From the human T2T-CHM13v2.0 reference genome, Homo sapiens, in assembly GCF_009914755.1 (NCBI RefSeq), contig NC_060933.1: a stretch of 64,000 bases of DNA; one strand, written 5' to 3'. The first letter of the stretch is position 1, and every line of letters begins with the position of its first letter. Shown piece by piece: positions 39,476-54,169 of this stretch. Below the pieces are notes generated by a model. That model was given only the letters and a program-made list of their open reading frames with translations, did no database searches and had not been told where the DNA came from. The position numbers and the translations under genes are program-made.

Positions 39476-39679
39476 CTCTTACCCAGTCCTATTAATCCCT
39501 TCACACGCAGCTCAAGTCCCTCCCTTCAGGGAATCTTCAGGAACCCTTGCACCCAGCCTCCCCATCCCCTCCTGGCCAGGCCACAGTCATGCTCTCCTTT
39601 GTGGAGCACATGCTGTGATGGCGCCTCCCACCAGCCTTAGTGAACTCATAGGTACAGCTGCATAGATCTCATGCGCTAC

Positions 39680-39860
39680 ACTTATCACCCGCTGACCCAA
39701 AAGCCACTTCCAACTCTTCCCTTGTCATTTCCACTATGGAGGCTGGAAAAACCAAATAGCCACTATCCTAGCCTCCTCCGTAGAAGAATCCATGGGTGTA
39801 GCAGTGCCAACAATGAAATGGGTGTGACAGTCAGCTGGGGGCAACTGGGAAAGGCTAAGC
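39680..39860 (+). mobile_element. LTR33-like ERVL LTR fragment
   Basis: GGAGGCTGGAAAACC..CCTAGCCTCC..GTCAGCTGGGG..CTGGGAAAG. Confidence 0.45.
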
Positions 39861-40320
39861 CAACCCTCATTCTTCCTGCCTCACTAGTAACACATAAACG
39901 TGGGAGAAAGGATGAGATGAATGCATTTCATCATTCTCTGTTCTCCACAGTGTGTGGAGGTGGTATAGTACTTTACAGTTACTTGCATTAATGAAATGGA
40001 GCAAAATATTCTAAGATAGTGAATACTCAGAAAAATGAAGTTTTTCCACATGGATTTTTCTTCTCACATTAGAATGAAAATGTGCATAATATGCTTGAAG
40101 TTCATGCCAATTTGGTTGTTTTTTAAATTAAAAGATGTGATTCAGAAAAATCTGGGATGTTTCCCCCACTGGCCCCCTGCCATACTCTTCCCTGGAAACC
40201 CACCCCATCTGAGGTCTTTCTCAGATTTTTGCAGGTTTTGCTTTCATTCTTTTTAAAAATTATTTTCTTTACAATAGTGACACATGTTCCTTTTAGAATG
40301 TTTTAAAATAGTTAACATCT

Positions 40321-40503
40321 GGCTGGACACAATGGCTCACACTGGTAATCCCAACACTTTGGGAACCCAAGGTGGGGAGGATTGCTTGACCCCAGGAGTT
40401 CAAGACAAGCCTGGGCAACATAGTGAGACCCCTGTCTCAACAACAACAAAAAAAATGTTTTAACTAGCTGGGCATAGTGGCATGTGCCTGTAGTCCCAGC
40501 TAC
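40321..40503 (+). mobile_element. AluJ, 3'-truncated (left arm plus start of right arm)
   Basis: GGCTGGACACAATGGCTCAC..GTAGTCCCAGCTAC, then an abrupt loss of Alu similarity. Confidence 0.9.
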
Positions 40504-40531
40504 ATTTATACTGGTGTTTTTTCTGTGCATT

Positions 40532-40533
<2 letters not shown>

Positions 40534-40575
<42 letters not shown>

Positions 40576-40590
40576 TGTGCGTGTGTATAT
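40534..40590. repeat. (TG)n(CG)n alternating purine-pyrimidine tract
   Basis: About 16 TG units followed by CGCGCGCGCATGTGCGTGTG. Confidence 0.95.
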
Positions 40591-42536
40591 ATATGATATT
40601 TTACAAAATCATATCATTGTATACACAGTTGTATACCCTACTTTAATAAAACAAAAGATCATAAATATTTCCAATGTCATCAATTTTTCTCAGAAAATAT
40701 ATTTCACCAGTTGCACAATATTCTACCATATGAACATTTTTATGATTTACTTAACCATTCTCCTACTGTTTCCAATTGTTTAGTTATATAAATTAGGCTA
40801 CAAAACTCCCTCTACATTTATCTTTGTCATGATTGCACTCTCTTTTTCTGAGTCCAGCCCAAAAAGGAGCTGAAGAGACAAAGAGGCTGGGAAGCAGAGT
40901 TGGGGGACAAAGAGGGGAGGAGGAAATTCAGGCAATGGGGAGGGTCCTGGAAGCAAGAAGAGGACAAGTTTCCAGGAGGAGCAAGTGGCCATCTGTGTCC
41001 AAAACTGCCATGGGTCAGTAAGATGAGATCCAAGAACTGACCACCGCATTGAAGAAAGTGGAAGTCGCTGGTGCCCTTGGTAAGGGGACAGAGCCAGACT
41101 GGAGCAGGTTAATAAAATGTAGGAGAAGTGAAATCGTCTGTCAAGGAATTTTGTTATAATTGGAGGTAACTGAGGGGAAAGTAAGGTCAAGGGAGGGTGT
41201 TAGAATAACGGCAAATACAAGAAAATAGAAAGGGGGTAGCTGTCAGCTAAGCTGGAGTTATTACGTATTATTTCAAATTAACAAAAATGTCAACAGTGCA
41301 TACATTTAAATTTACCTCACTGAAGCTTCCACAAAACACAGAAAATGTTCCCTGTCTGGACATAGTACCTGCATGTACTTAATGATAGGTATAGTAAGCA
41401 TCTTTTCTGTGACAAAAGTCATGGTGAATGGACATAGTACTCATGAAAAAGGACCAAAACAACATGGCTATTTGAAACAGTATTTTTTCTGTGTGGTCAC
41501 CATAAACACAGAGATGGATGCATGCAGCTCAAGGCAGGACTAACACATGAGTAAATTCACAAATTATGGTTGGAATGACAATTTATTATCAAGTCTGAGT
41601 ATTTATTACCATTACCAAAAACATTCTGATTTAAAACTACCAATGGCTGAAAATTGAAAGTAAATTCTTGAATCTGGGCAAGCATGTTTGCCTGTCTCGA
41701 GCTTACATGGCACACACAGTTCAGTCAACAAATCCATAAGCTAGTACTTTAGAAGTATGAGACCTTCTTACACTAGCATAATGAATTATTTTACACCATG
41801 TGCCTCAAATCTGGTGCCTGCTCCACAAGAAGTATCTAAAATTATTATAAGTGACACAAAAATTTTTTAATGGTAAAGGCATGATTTCACATGATATTTC
41901 AAATTCAAATAAGTTGATTTATGTGAATGAAAAAATACTAAATAAATAACTGTATAAATAGTATGAGACTATTGCAAAAATTGTGAAAATGGAAGAGTAA
42001 AAACTGAAGTTTGGGAAGCTGATGAAATACAACCTTGTTCATCAACTGTTCTTCATCAAGGACACTAGCTGGTGTTTCATCATTAACCTGCATATGTGAC
42101 AAAAATCCTACTCCCCACAACTCAACCAACTTGATTACCTTAAAATAAGATGAAGTTCCCAAACTACCCCAATGTTTTAAAAAATCACCAAGGAGCATTT
42201 GCTAAAATAAACACTCTTAGACCCTATCTCAGATCCGCTGGCAACAAGAAATCTGCACTTTTGATAAATGCCCTGGTGATTTCTAGGACTAGAGAAATCA
42301 GGGATATAATGACAGAAAGTACATCCATGTAAGTTCCCCTTGAAAGCAGATTAAAAAAAAATGATAGCTGATGAGAGAGGAGATTTAGGAAAACATAGGT
42401 GGTTTCTCCATGTTTGCCACTTTAAATCTGGTTCTTATGAATGAACACTGTTGTTTCCCCAGGGTCTGTAGCACAAGGGTTTTACAAAACTAAAAACAAA
42501 CAAAACAAATGAGTGTACTTATAAAATGTCAGTGTA

Positions 42537-42840
<304 letters not shown>

Positions 42841-43229
42841 ATGTCAGAGTAATACCCAAATTCAGTACATGCTGAAGGGAATTATGCACAATACTCTTTC
42901 CATTTGTATTTCAGTTCACATCCCAAAAGATGTGAACTAAAAATTGTTCAGCTAGATAATGAAATTATTACCATAACTTTTTTATTTATGAGCACCTGTG
43001 CCCAAAAGATCTCAAGGTAAATTAGCATTGTACCACCAAACGTTCAAAATGAAATGGAAGTGAAAATTACTGAGAAATAGGGTATCTGGTTAAATTTCAA
43101 AGTAAGACTAAAAGCTAGAAATAAAATATTTTGCAAAGCCTCCCAAATTACTTCTAAGTGGCGTAATGGAAATAGCTTACAATTTCAAAATTATTCCAAT
43201 GTATTTAAATTTTTTGAGTGTAAGGATTG

Positions 43230-43929
43230 GGTATGGAAAAGACATTTACTACTTACCAAATACCCGTGGGCTCCTCCACATTGCCCAGCCTTCTTGCAGT
43301 TGGCAGGGCCATCTGTCATGTACAACCAATGGGGTGTGAGCAGAAGGGACTGTGTCATTTCTGGATCTAAACATTTATGAGCTGGTGTGCAACCTTCCAC
43401 TCTCTGCTTCTCTTTTGTAGGGACTTTGGTGGCTTCCATGAAGACACAAGATGGAAACAGCCAGGATAGCTGAGTGACTGCCTGGAGAACAACTGCTCTT
43501 CACAGTTGCCCGGTTGCATCAGATGAGACTTTGGGGTGTTAAGACGCTGAGATTTTAGGATGAATTTTTTGGCCAGGAGCGATAGCTCATGCCTGTAATC
43601 CTAGCACTTTGGGAGGCCAAGGCTGGTGGATCACCTGAGGTCAGGAGTTTGAGACCAGCCTGGTCAACATGGTGAAACTTCGTCTCTACTAAAAATACAA
43701 AAATTAGCCAGGCGTGGTGGTGGGCACCTGTAATCCCAGCTCCTTGGGAGGCTGAGACAGGAGAATCGCTTGAACCCAGGAGGTGGAGGTTGCAGTGAGC
43801 AGAGGCAGAGGCTGCAGTGAGCTGAGAGTGTGCCACTGCACTCTCGCCTGGAAGACAGAGCAAGACTCCGTCTCCAAAAAAAAAAAAATTTGTTGTCACA
43901 GCATAACCTAAGCAATCCTGACTAGTACA
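43230..43929 (+). mobile_element. MLT1I/J-type LTR interrupted by AluSx
   Basis: CCCAGCCTTCTTGCAGTTGG..CCAATGGGGTGTGAGCAGAAG..TGTTAAGACGCTGAGATTT | TTGTCACAGCATAACCTA..TCCTGACTAGTACA. Confidence 0.8.
43571..43887 (+). mobile_element. AluSx with an internal ~22-bp tandem duplication
   Basis: GAGGTGGAGGTTGCAGTGAGC-A-GAGGCAGAGGCTGCAGTGAGC in the right arm. Confidence 0.95.
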
Positions 43930-44217
43930 CTTGTCAATCACTTGACTTCTCTGGTTTCCAACTCAGAAGTCTCTCCAGAGCAGAGGGAATTACTTCAATG
44001 ACTTTGCCCAGATAATATCCACTCATGTAGAGACCAAACTTGACACAGAAAATCAAATCAAGAAACATTTTTAAAGAACCATCTCAAATTCCATGATAGA
44101 AGATAATAGGCCAAAGGTTTATCCACTTTAATTTAGCACCTTCCATAAAATCTCTATCATTCTGCCAAAGGAAATAATGCACAGTCAACAAGTAGTTCAT
44201 GTGCTCCCCTACACTTC

Positions 44218-44395
44218 TCAGCCACTGGCTACCTGGGGCTATCAAAATTAATTTAAACTAAATAAAATGAAAAAATACTTCCTCAGTCATACTAGCTGTA
44301 TTTCATATGTTCAAGAGACAAGTGTGACTGGTGACTACCATCTTGAACAGGGCAAAATAGTTCCATCATCATGAACATTTCTACTGAACAGCTCT
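44218..44395. mobile_element. MER3/MER33-like hAT element
   Basis: TTCCTCAGTCATACTAGC..ATTTCATATGTTCAA..GTGACTACCATCTTGAACAG..TTCCATCATC..TTCTACTGAACAGC. Confidence 0.7.
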
Positions 44396-45060
44396 AGTTT
44401 AGAATACCCTTTCAATATCTACCCTCAAAGCTATCACCCCTTTAAAAAAAAGAAAAGAAAACATATAATCAAAGAAAAAACAGTGTATTTTCCACTCAAA
44501 ACAGCTCTTAGACAAGACCTTCCAACCTCTTTCCCAACTAATATTATCATTAATATTAATGAGCTAAAACTGAGTAAAGCAACACTTGAGAGAAATATCT
44601 ACTGGATAAAGAAAGGCTTTACTGTAAGATCTACCATATGATAATAGCTCTTCAGGCTTTCGAGATGAGGCATGTTTGCAAAATGAGTATGTTACCTCTA
44701 ACGTGGCAATATCCTTGTATTGGGTCCTTGGGTTTTGTCACCAAGATGCAAAAATCTTCCTGAAACAGGAAAAGCTGGTGAAGCTGATGATCATAACTGT
44801 TGCTGACACTGACTGGCCAGGGCACCCAAGCAAACCCAACTGAGAGAATGGCACGGGAGTGTCTATGTAAACAAAAATTCTGGGTGCAGTACTGTCCAAA
44901 ATGACACTAGGATACACCTGACAGATGTTTTTCCCCTGAGGGCAGATCAGCTGCAATCTCACCACACTGACAAGAAGATGAAAATTCCAACAGGGCCAGT
45001 GCTTTCAAACGGAGGAGCTGTGAAGGAGAGGCTGTAGAAAAAAGAACTCCATATGAACAG

Positions 45061-45091
45061 GACAGCTGATGAGGGGGCCTCATCAGCTGTC
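45061..45091. repeat. Perfect inverted repeat, 14-bp arms with 3-nt spacer
   Basis: GACAGCTGATGAGG-GGG-CCTCATCAGCTGTC. Confidence 0.97.
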
Positions 45092-45285
45092 TGACTCTTG
45101 ACTGAAAACATCTAACTTAATGAGTAAAAATGATGATGAAAAGTATTTTCTGAAACGTGTGGGACCCAGAAACAGAATGCATTAGTATGCCATCACTTTC
45201 CACTCCTGCCTACCTGTGCAGTGCATTTATGATGCTCAAGTGCCTCAGTTGACTTGTAAAATTATCCTACAGTACAAAAAAATTC

Positions 45286-46120
45286 ATCCTACAATGAGAT
45301 ACCATTTTACACCATTTTGTCTAAAACCCAGAATGCTGACGCCACCAAATTCTGGTGAGGATCTGGAGCAGCAGGAGCTTCATTCACTGTTGGTGGGAAT
45401 GTAAAATGGTTTGGCTGTTTCTTACAAGCTAAAAATTGTCTTACCATATGATCCAGCAGTGAATTAAAATGTATGTCCACATAAGGTTTTTAAACCTACA
45501 CATGAATGTTTATAGAAGCCTTATTCATAATTGTCAAAACTTGGAAGCAATGAAGCTGTCCTTTAATAGGTGAATAGTTACACAAACTGTGGTACATCCA
45601 GACAATGGAATATTGTTCAGCAATAAAAAGAAATGAGTTATCAAGCCACAAAAAGACCTGGAGGAACCTTAAATGTGTGTTGCTAAATAAAAGAAACTAG
45701 TCTGAGAAGACTAACTTTTGATTCTAGCAATATATTATACAAAAATATGGTGACAGTAAAGAGATCAGTGGTTTCCAGGGGTCAGTGGAGAAGAACGGAG
45801 GGATGAATAGGTAGAGCACTAAGAATTTTTAGGGCAGAGAAACTATCCTGTATAATCCTGTAATGGTGGATACAGGACATATTACATTTGTCAAAACCCA
45901 CAGAAATGTACACCACCAAGAGTGAACCCTAATGTAAGCTATGAACTTTAGTTAATAATCATGTATTTATAAAAGTTTGTCAATTACAACAAATGTATCA
46001 CACTAACACAAGATGGTAGTAACAGGAGAGAGGGTAGATGGGAACCCTCTGTACTCTCCATATACTTATATACCTAATTTTTCTATATGCCTACAACTGC
46101 TCTTAAACATATGGTATTAA
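45286..46120 (+). mobile_element. L1MC-type 3' fragment
   Basis: GGAGCAGCAGGAGC..TCAAGCCACAAAAAGACCTGGAGGAACCTTAAATG..AGAGTGAACCCTAATGTAA..CTTTAGTTAATAAT. Confidence 0.88.
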
Positions 46121-46194
46121 TTTTTTTAATCATCTTGAATATCCATTTCCTACTCTAACATATTTCAGGGCTATAAGCCTGCATAGAGTGCTTG

Positions 46195-46203
46195 GCGTGT
46201 ATG

Positions 46204-46240
<37 letters not shown>
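46195..46240. repeat. (CG)n(CA)n microsatellite
   Basis: GCGTGTATGCGCGCGC followed by an (AC) run. Confidence 0.93.
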
Positions 46241-46243
<3 letters not shown>

Positions 46244-46849
46244 GTCAATATTGAGGAGTGGCCACACTTTGAGAACCATCAGTCTATAGGATCATTAAGG
46301 GTAAGGCTCCTCTATCTCTTTTAGAGCTTTATCTTCTCTTCATCTCTAGCACTCCAGTCTAGACACCAGGGAGCCCCAATGCATATCTGCTGAATGACAG
46401 ATTCAATTAGTCAATGCAAAAAAATGTTGCCAAATTAATACATCCTGTGGACTCTAACAAGATGCAAATATCTAGAGACAGCAAAATATGAGTTTGGAGG
46501 CGAGGAAAAGAGTGGAGAATAGGGGTTAGCTTCTCTGCAGCATTTTCTAACTTACAGTTTAATGCTTTATATAATCATCTGCCAGTTAATTATTAGGCAC
46601 ACTCTTGGGAGAGGTAACAAAGAAAGAATTAACTGAAATTCCCTGCCTAGAAGGGCTGGCTCTACTTTAAAAATTAATTTGCATAATATATGCGAAATAC
46701 ATTATGTCCAAATCAAAGTTGCCAAAAACAAAGAAATTTAGTTATTCTGATGTTTATCAATGTTAAAAGTCAATAAACAATTGTCTTCTGTAATTGCTTT
46801 TCTATAGATCTTACATGATACAACTAGAGATTTTTCTTTGAAAATCCTA

Positions 46850-47032
<183 letters not shown>

Positions 47033-48771
47033 TCAGTAAGTATGTGTTGAAAGGAGGAAAGACAAATGTCAAGAAGACAGGGCAAGACTCCTTATATACA
47101 TATAAGGTACCCCAATAATTTTTCAGAGAGCAGACTACATCCTGAAATTTTTATAAACACGGAGTGTTCTTCCATGAGAGCACTATAATACATTCAGGCT
47201 ATAGAGCTGAGCTACAAAGCCAGGGGATATAATTTGTAATTTCTTACAGATATAATTACCTACATTTTTCCCACACAAAAATGATACAAATGTGTTGATA
47301 ATTACATTATACAAAACTATGCATTTTAAACTGAGCCAGAACATTAGAATATTACAACGAATGCACACCATGAAAACCTGTATTTGCTGCCTCTAGGTAA
47401 CAAGATGATTGGTATGTAACAAGCGGCAAGGCAACCACATCTCCTGTTTGTTCTTGAGAGGAATTTCTTATTGCTAGCAGGGCTTCATTTTCATCCCTGC
47501 AGCCAGTGCTCACATGAAGAGATGCATCTGATTAAGTGACTCCATGCATTTGAGTAGAGAGGGAAAAGGAAAGCCAACTCTACGTTTAATATCCTCTTTT
47601 CTCTGCAATGCATTTACCTCCTCCTTTCTGCTGCAACTCTAAATGAAGTACAATTTAAGTCAAGCACCAAAATTTGTTACTTATGGAAGCAACTCCTTTA
47701 AGTGCATGAATCATTAACTTGTTTTATTTATCTAGTTATGTGTCTTGTTCTGGAACAAATGTGAGACAGAAAATATTAACTGTTTTTAGGTATGGACCTG
47801 GGGTGGATCACAAGACTGGGCAGTGCCAATTAGGGAGAACACGCAAATACCTAAGCATGCGCCACTTCGAATTCAGTTCCAAAGGGCAATTGCATCCCAG
47901 TTAATAAATATGCACTGGTCCCTGCTGTGTACCGGGTAGTGTGCTAGGAGCTAAGGACACAGTGGTGAGTGCAACAGAGAAGGTTCCTGCCTTTTTGATG
48001 GAGGGTACATTCTAAAGGCATGTTCCCAGTACCAGAAGTAGAGGTGACGTGCCAGGTGCCTGCTAAAGCTAAAGTTTAGTTTGTAGAAGAGATGTTCTGA
48101 GACTTGATATCTGCCTCTAAGTATCTGAATCACCATATTTTATGAAAAGAAATGAGTTATTTGGTACAGCTATAAGCCATAAATAGGTACACTGTGCGAA
48201 AGTCAGAAGGAAACTTACATGGGCCCAATAGAAGAAAGAATTTCTTAATAAATGGGCCTGTTAAAGAATGGAAGAGGTCAAGTGAGGTGTTCCAGAAGAG
48301 GTGGGCAGACAAATCAGGATGGTACCCGGAAGCTTGCTGTGAGGGGAAGAAGCAGAGGCAAAGGGCAGCAGAGGTTACCTCCAATTTCATGATTCAGTGG
48401 ACTCCAAATCAAACCACAGAAATGCTTTGAAAATCTCGGCCCTCATAATTTTAGCTTTAATGAGAAGCTTTAATGATCATATATTGATATAAAAGGCCAT
48501 CATTTCCTTTGTCCTCTGCCATTCAGAGTCAGACAGAAACACTAAACACTGATTTCTGATGGTTATGCTGGGTTCCAGTGCACCATGTGGCTTCAAAATG
48601 CCAACTGCCTCTCTGGAAAAGGAGAAACTGGGGTTCTGGAAATACAAGCACACTGTAGTAATTACTATAAGGGCAAAGATAGGCCCTCATGACTGATTTA
48701 CTTTGGTAATTACTACAGTGTAATTAGCAGTAGTACTGCTAATACTACTGATATTGGCTGCAAAAGACTAT

Positions 48772-49404
48772 TGGGAAGGGCAGAATTTCTAAAATGGCCC
48801 CTTAATGATGTCCTGCCCTAACCCCCAGAACCTATCAACATGACGACAGAACCTATCCTATGATTGTGCTATGTTGCATGGCACAGTTACTATGCTATGT
48901 TACATGGCACAATTGGCCATCAGATAGGGAAATTATCTGCATTATCCTGGTGGGTCATATACCCTATAGTCCTTAAAAGCAGAGAGCTTTCTCCAGCTGA
49001 CGACAGAAGAGAATTCAGAGAGATTCAAAGCACAAGACGGATTTCATGCATCGCTGCTGGCTTGATGTTAGAGAGGGGCATGTGATAAGGACTGTGGTGA
49101 CCTCTAGAAGCTGACAACCAGTAAGAAAATGGAGACATCAGTTCTACAACTGCAAAGAACTGAATTCTACCACCAACCTGAACAACCTTGGAAATAGATT
49201 CTGCCTCCCAGCTTTCAGTGAAAAGCCCAGCTCTGCTGACACCTTGAGTACAGATTTGTGATACCCTGAGTATAGAACCCAGCCAAGCCTGCCCAGAATC
49301 CTGGTCTAGACACCAGTCTAGGTCTACAGAGCTAACTAAGTGGGTGTTGGTTTAAGCCACTGAGTGCGCAGACATTTCTTACACAGCAATAGATAACCAA
49401 GGCA
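48772..49404 (+). mobile_element. MLT1E-type MaLR solo LTR
   Basis: GGCAGAATTTCTAAAATGGCCCC..CTTAAAAGCAGAGAGCTTTCTCCAGCTG..ACAACTGCAAAGAACTGAATTCT..TTTAAGCCACT..CAGCAATAGATAAC. Confidence 0.87.
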
Positions 49405-49999
49405 GAATCCAAAGGGTGATCATGAAGCACTGTAAATTAGACATTGGATCAGAAGGGCCAACACTCCAGGGCCACATCTCCACCAGCCAAGTGGGCCAGA
49501 TGAGTCCAGATTCAGAGAAGCCTGAGGAAAGCAGCACCACAGTTGAAATCATGGACAGAAAAGGCACAACTCATTCGTGCAAGAAGGAAAAGGAAGATAT
49601 AGCTTGAGAAGGTCCTGTGTGATTAACACTAGCTAGAACTCTCCTGCAACTCAGGGGAACCAGCTGCTCTGTAGCTGGTGACAAGGGCGGGAGTGGGGAG
49701 GTGGTAACGGAAGAGAATACACTCCGCATCCTGCTGCAGTTTGGGGTGTGCACTGAGTGCTGCTGAAGCCAGATGCTACATGGCCTTCGGGTTTGTACTG
49801 CTCTGTGGTGATAGCCCTTGGAAAGGAAGAGGGATCAGCCCTTGCCAGCTTCCCCTTCAAGGCCAGGCCAGTGCTTATCATCTCCTGAGCTTGACTTTCA
49901 CACAAACGGAAAGCACCACCAATGACTGTAGACATTCAAGTGGTCTTGGGCTTCCTAAAACTTCTCACTATCCAAGGGCACAGTTTTCACCTCCTAATG

Positions 50000-50607
50000 G
50001 GTCTCCCTGTGTTTGCTCTTCTCTCCCTAGGGCCTATTCTCAACAGAGCAAGTGCATGATCCTCTTTAAAAACACAAGACAGACCATGCCATTCTCTACC
50101 AAAGCTTTCCAATGGCTTCCAAAGCTCTTCAAGTGACCTATAAGACCCTCAGGTTGTCTGCCACCCCCTCTCTTGGCTTCTTTCCCAGTCCTCTCCTCCT
50201 CCCTCACATTCCTCACACTCGCCAAGCTCCCTTCTGCCTCAAGACCTTTACATCTGTTCTCTTTCTGAAATGTTCTTCTCCCAGGTATTCATTTGACTTC
50301 CCCCCCCACCACTTCTTTCAGGCCTCTCCTCAAATACCACCTTATCAGGGACACCTTCCCTGACCACTCTATAAAGAACAGTACCGCTTCCCTACCTCTT
50401 CATCCTCTAATCCCCCTTACTCAACTTTATTTTTCTACATAGAACTCATCACATCACCTGTGATAATTTTTATTTGTATGAGTGTTTGCTTATTGTCAGC
50501 CTCTCCCTACTAGAATATAAGCTCCATGCATGTGTGTTGTTTACATCTGTATTTCAACATCCTCTCACGGTACCTTGCACAGTAAATATTGATAAATGAA
50601 TGAATTA
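50000..50607 (+). mobile_element. L2 3' fragment
   Basis: CTTTCCAATGGCTTCC..CCTTCCCTGACCACTCTAT..CTAGAATATAAGCTCCATG..AAATATTGATAAATGAATGAAT. Confidence 0.8.
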
Positions 50608-52758
50608 ATGGCAGGAGATCTTCTGGGAGATGTTGGGTCCTCAGATTGGGTCAGCTCACATCAAACAACACGCAATATTGGGTTCAAGATCCCAAAATAG
50701 TGAGGTATCAGAGTTGCTACTTTCTTGATTCATTCTTATGGCAAAAAAAATGTTCATGCATTTACTCTGTGCCATGTGTCTATGCCTGTCATGAGATTTT
50801 CTTCCACACAGCAGGAAAGTCCCCCTCCTACAATAATGCACCAGGTAAAATATCAATGGGTGTTTTACAATGATTCACATAGAAGCAATGGAACAGTCTA
50901 GAAATATCCATTCTAATGTGAAATCTTGTAAAATACAATATAAATCTGTAAACAGGTGAGAGAGCTCAGAACTGCTACTCAAAAGGCTGACTTCTCTCTT
51001 ATTTTTGCCAGCCTACTAATTTTCTGTATTTATCTACTTGAAAGTGCTCGAGAAGGACACTGAAGGCTACATAAGCCCCAGTTGGCAAGTCCTCTAAGAT
51101 CAGCCAAGTGCTGAGGCCACCAGATTGGCAGCTGGGGCCGTTTTGTTTACTAAGAGGATTACTTACAGATGGGGGTGCTGAGTAGAGAGGCGATAGGACA
51201 GGTGGCCTGAGAGAGCTGGGAGGAAGGGGAGAGCCACCAAGGTCCTCCTAACAAAGTGATCAGATTTCCACCTCCTGACTCTACAGCTGCAAAGTGCACC
51301 TGGCCTGCAGGTTCAGCACAACAACTGTGTTTCCAAAAAGGTCAGCTTCAAAATCATCAAAAAGTGACCTGCTCGTGGTGCTGCCTGAGCACTTCATGAA
51401 GAACATTCACAAGCACAGTTTTCCCTTCTATAGGTAGATTCCATCCTGAGCTGCCTAAATAATTAAGTTCCCTCCTAGGATGAGGGAAGAAAGTGTTGTG
51501 GCCTTAGCATAATTTTCCTGCATCGCATGTTTACAGATTTGGAGAATGAAGGTCCTCCATGATCCCGGAGATCATGGCTGCAGAAGAGCTCTTGAGAGTC
51601 CAGAGGCCCCTCCACCTAGGAGCTTCATTCTGGAACAGACAATCATCTGCTAGAGAAATGCAAAAGGGAAGATGGAGTCCCCCAACAAGAACTTGTGCAA
51701 ACTGCACCAACGCCCCATGAACACCCACCACGCAGCTGGTCAGCTGCGCTGGTCAGCTCTGAACTCTTGAGCTGCAGTAGGAAGAGTAGATAACTTCATC
51801 CCTGGATGAGTCGGTTGTTCTCACACATTTGCAGTTATTTTTCAAAAATTCCCAAAGCCTCTAAATATGGCTGGCACTGTACATATAAGAGTTTATGATT
51901 TTTTTTTAAAGTTAAAGCTAGCAAAGTAGTTTGTAATAGCCAAAACTAGAAGCAACCTAAATGTCTATCAATAATGTTTTAAAGAAACCAAATAATGGAA
52001 TACAGTCATGTGTTATTTATCAAGGGGGTTACATTCTGAGAAATATGTTGTTAGGCAATTTCATTGTACAAACCCAGCTGTACAGACTACTATGCACCCA
52101 GGCTATGTGCTATGTGGTAGAGCCTATTGCTCCTGGGCTACAGATCTGTATAGCATGTGACTGTACTGAATACTGTAGGCAACTGTAACACAATGGGAAG
52201 CACTTGTGTATCTAAACATAGAAAAGGTACAGTAAAAATCGACTTAAAATGGCTCCCCTATCTAGGGCACTTACCATGAATGGAGCTTGCAGGACTGGAA
52301 GTTGCTCTGGGTGAGTGCGTGGTGACTGGGTGTGAAGGCCTAGGACATTACGCTACACCACTGTAGACTTTATAAACACTGTACACTTAGGCTACACTCA
52401 ATTAATTTTTTAATTTTCTTTCTTCAAAAGTAAATTAACCTTAGCTTACTGTGACATTTTTACTTTATAAGCTTTTTAACTTTTTAACTTTTTGACTTTT
52501 GTAATAATACTTAGCTTAAAACAAAAACATTGTACAGCTGCACATAATATTTTCTTAATATCCTTATTCTATAAGCTTTGTTCTATTTTTGTATTTTTAA
52601 ACTTTTTTTCTTTTTAAACTTTTTTATTAAAATCTAAGACACAGACACATTAGCCTAGGCCTACACAGGATCAAGAGTGTCAATATCACTAGTCTTGCAC
52701 CTCCATATTTTATCCCACTGAAAGGCCTTCAGAGGCAATAACACGCATGAAGTTGTCA

Positions 52759-53559
<801 letters not shown>

Positions 53560-53739
53560 TTAAATACATGAACCAGTAACATAGTCATTTATTATCATTA
53601 TCAAGTACTACGTACTGTACATAATTATATGTGCTATATTTTGTATGACTGGCAGTGCAATAGGTTTAACACCAGGTGAGTAACACATTGAGCTACAACG
53701 GTACAGTGTCCTATATGCAGTCTGGTGCCTGACTGCATT

Positions 53740-54135
53740 TATAGAATCTACTCCCATACACCAGTGAGAATTAAAGAATTACAACTATAAGCAACAAGGA
53801 TGAATCTCACCAATATAATGCTGAGCGCAAGAAGCCAAATGTGAGAAGACAGAAAGGCATATACTGCCCAATGCTTTTTACGTAAAATTACATGAAGTTC
53901 AACAACAGGAAGCACTAACCTATGATGTCAGAAGCCAAGACAGTGGTTACTCTCAGGAAGTGGTGCCTGTGAGGAGGCATAACAGGGACTGCCTGGGTGT
54001 TAGGCATGCTGTGTTTCTGGAGCTAGGTGCTGTCATCAAGAATATGCACTTTATAAAAACATCATGCTGTACGCACACATATAACTTTGCATACTTTACT
54101 GTATGCACATCCTACTTCGACTGTTTAGAAAAAAA
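53740..54135 (+). mobile_element. L1ME-type 3' fragment (continues from ~51900-52002)
   Basis: GGATGAATCTCAC..ATAATGCTGAGCG.AAGAAGCCA..CTATGATGTCAGAAG..GTGGTTAC. Confidence 0.75.
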
Positions 54136-54169
54136 AGTAGTTTATAGATTATTCTTTTGACTATTGTTA

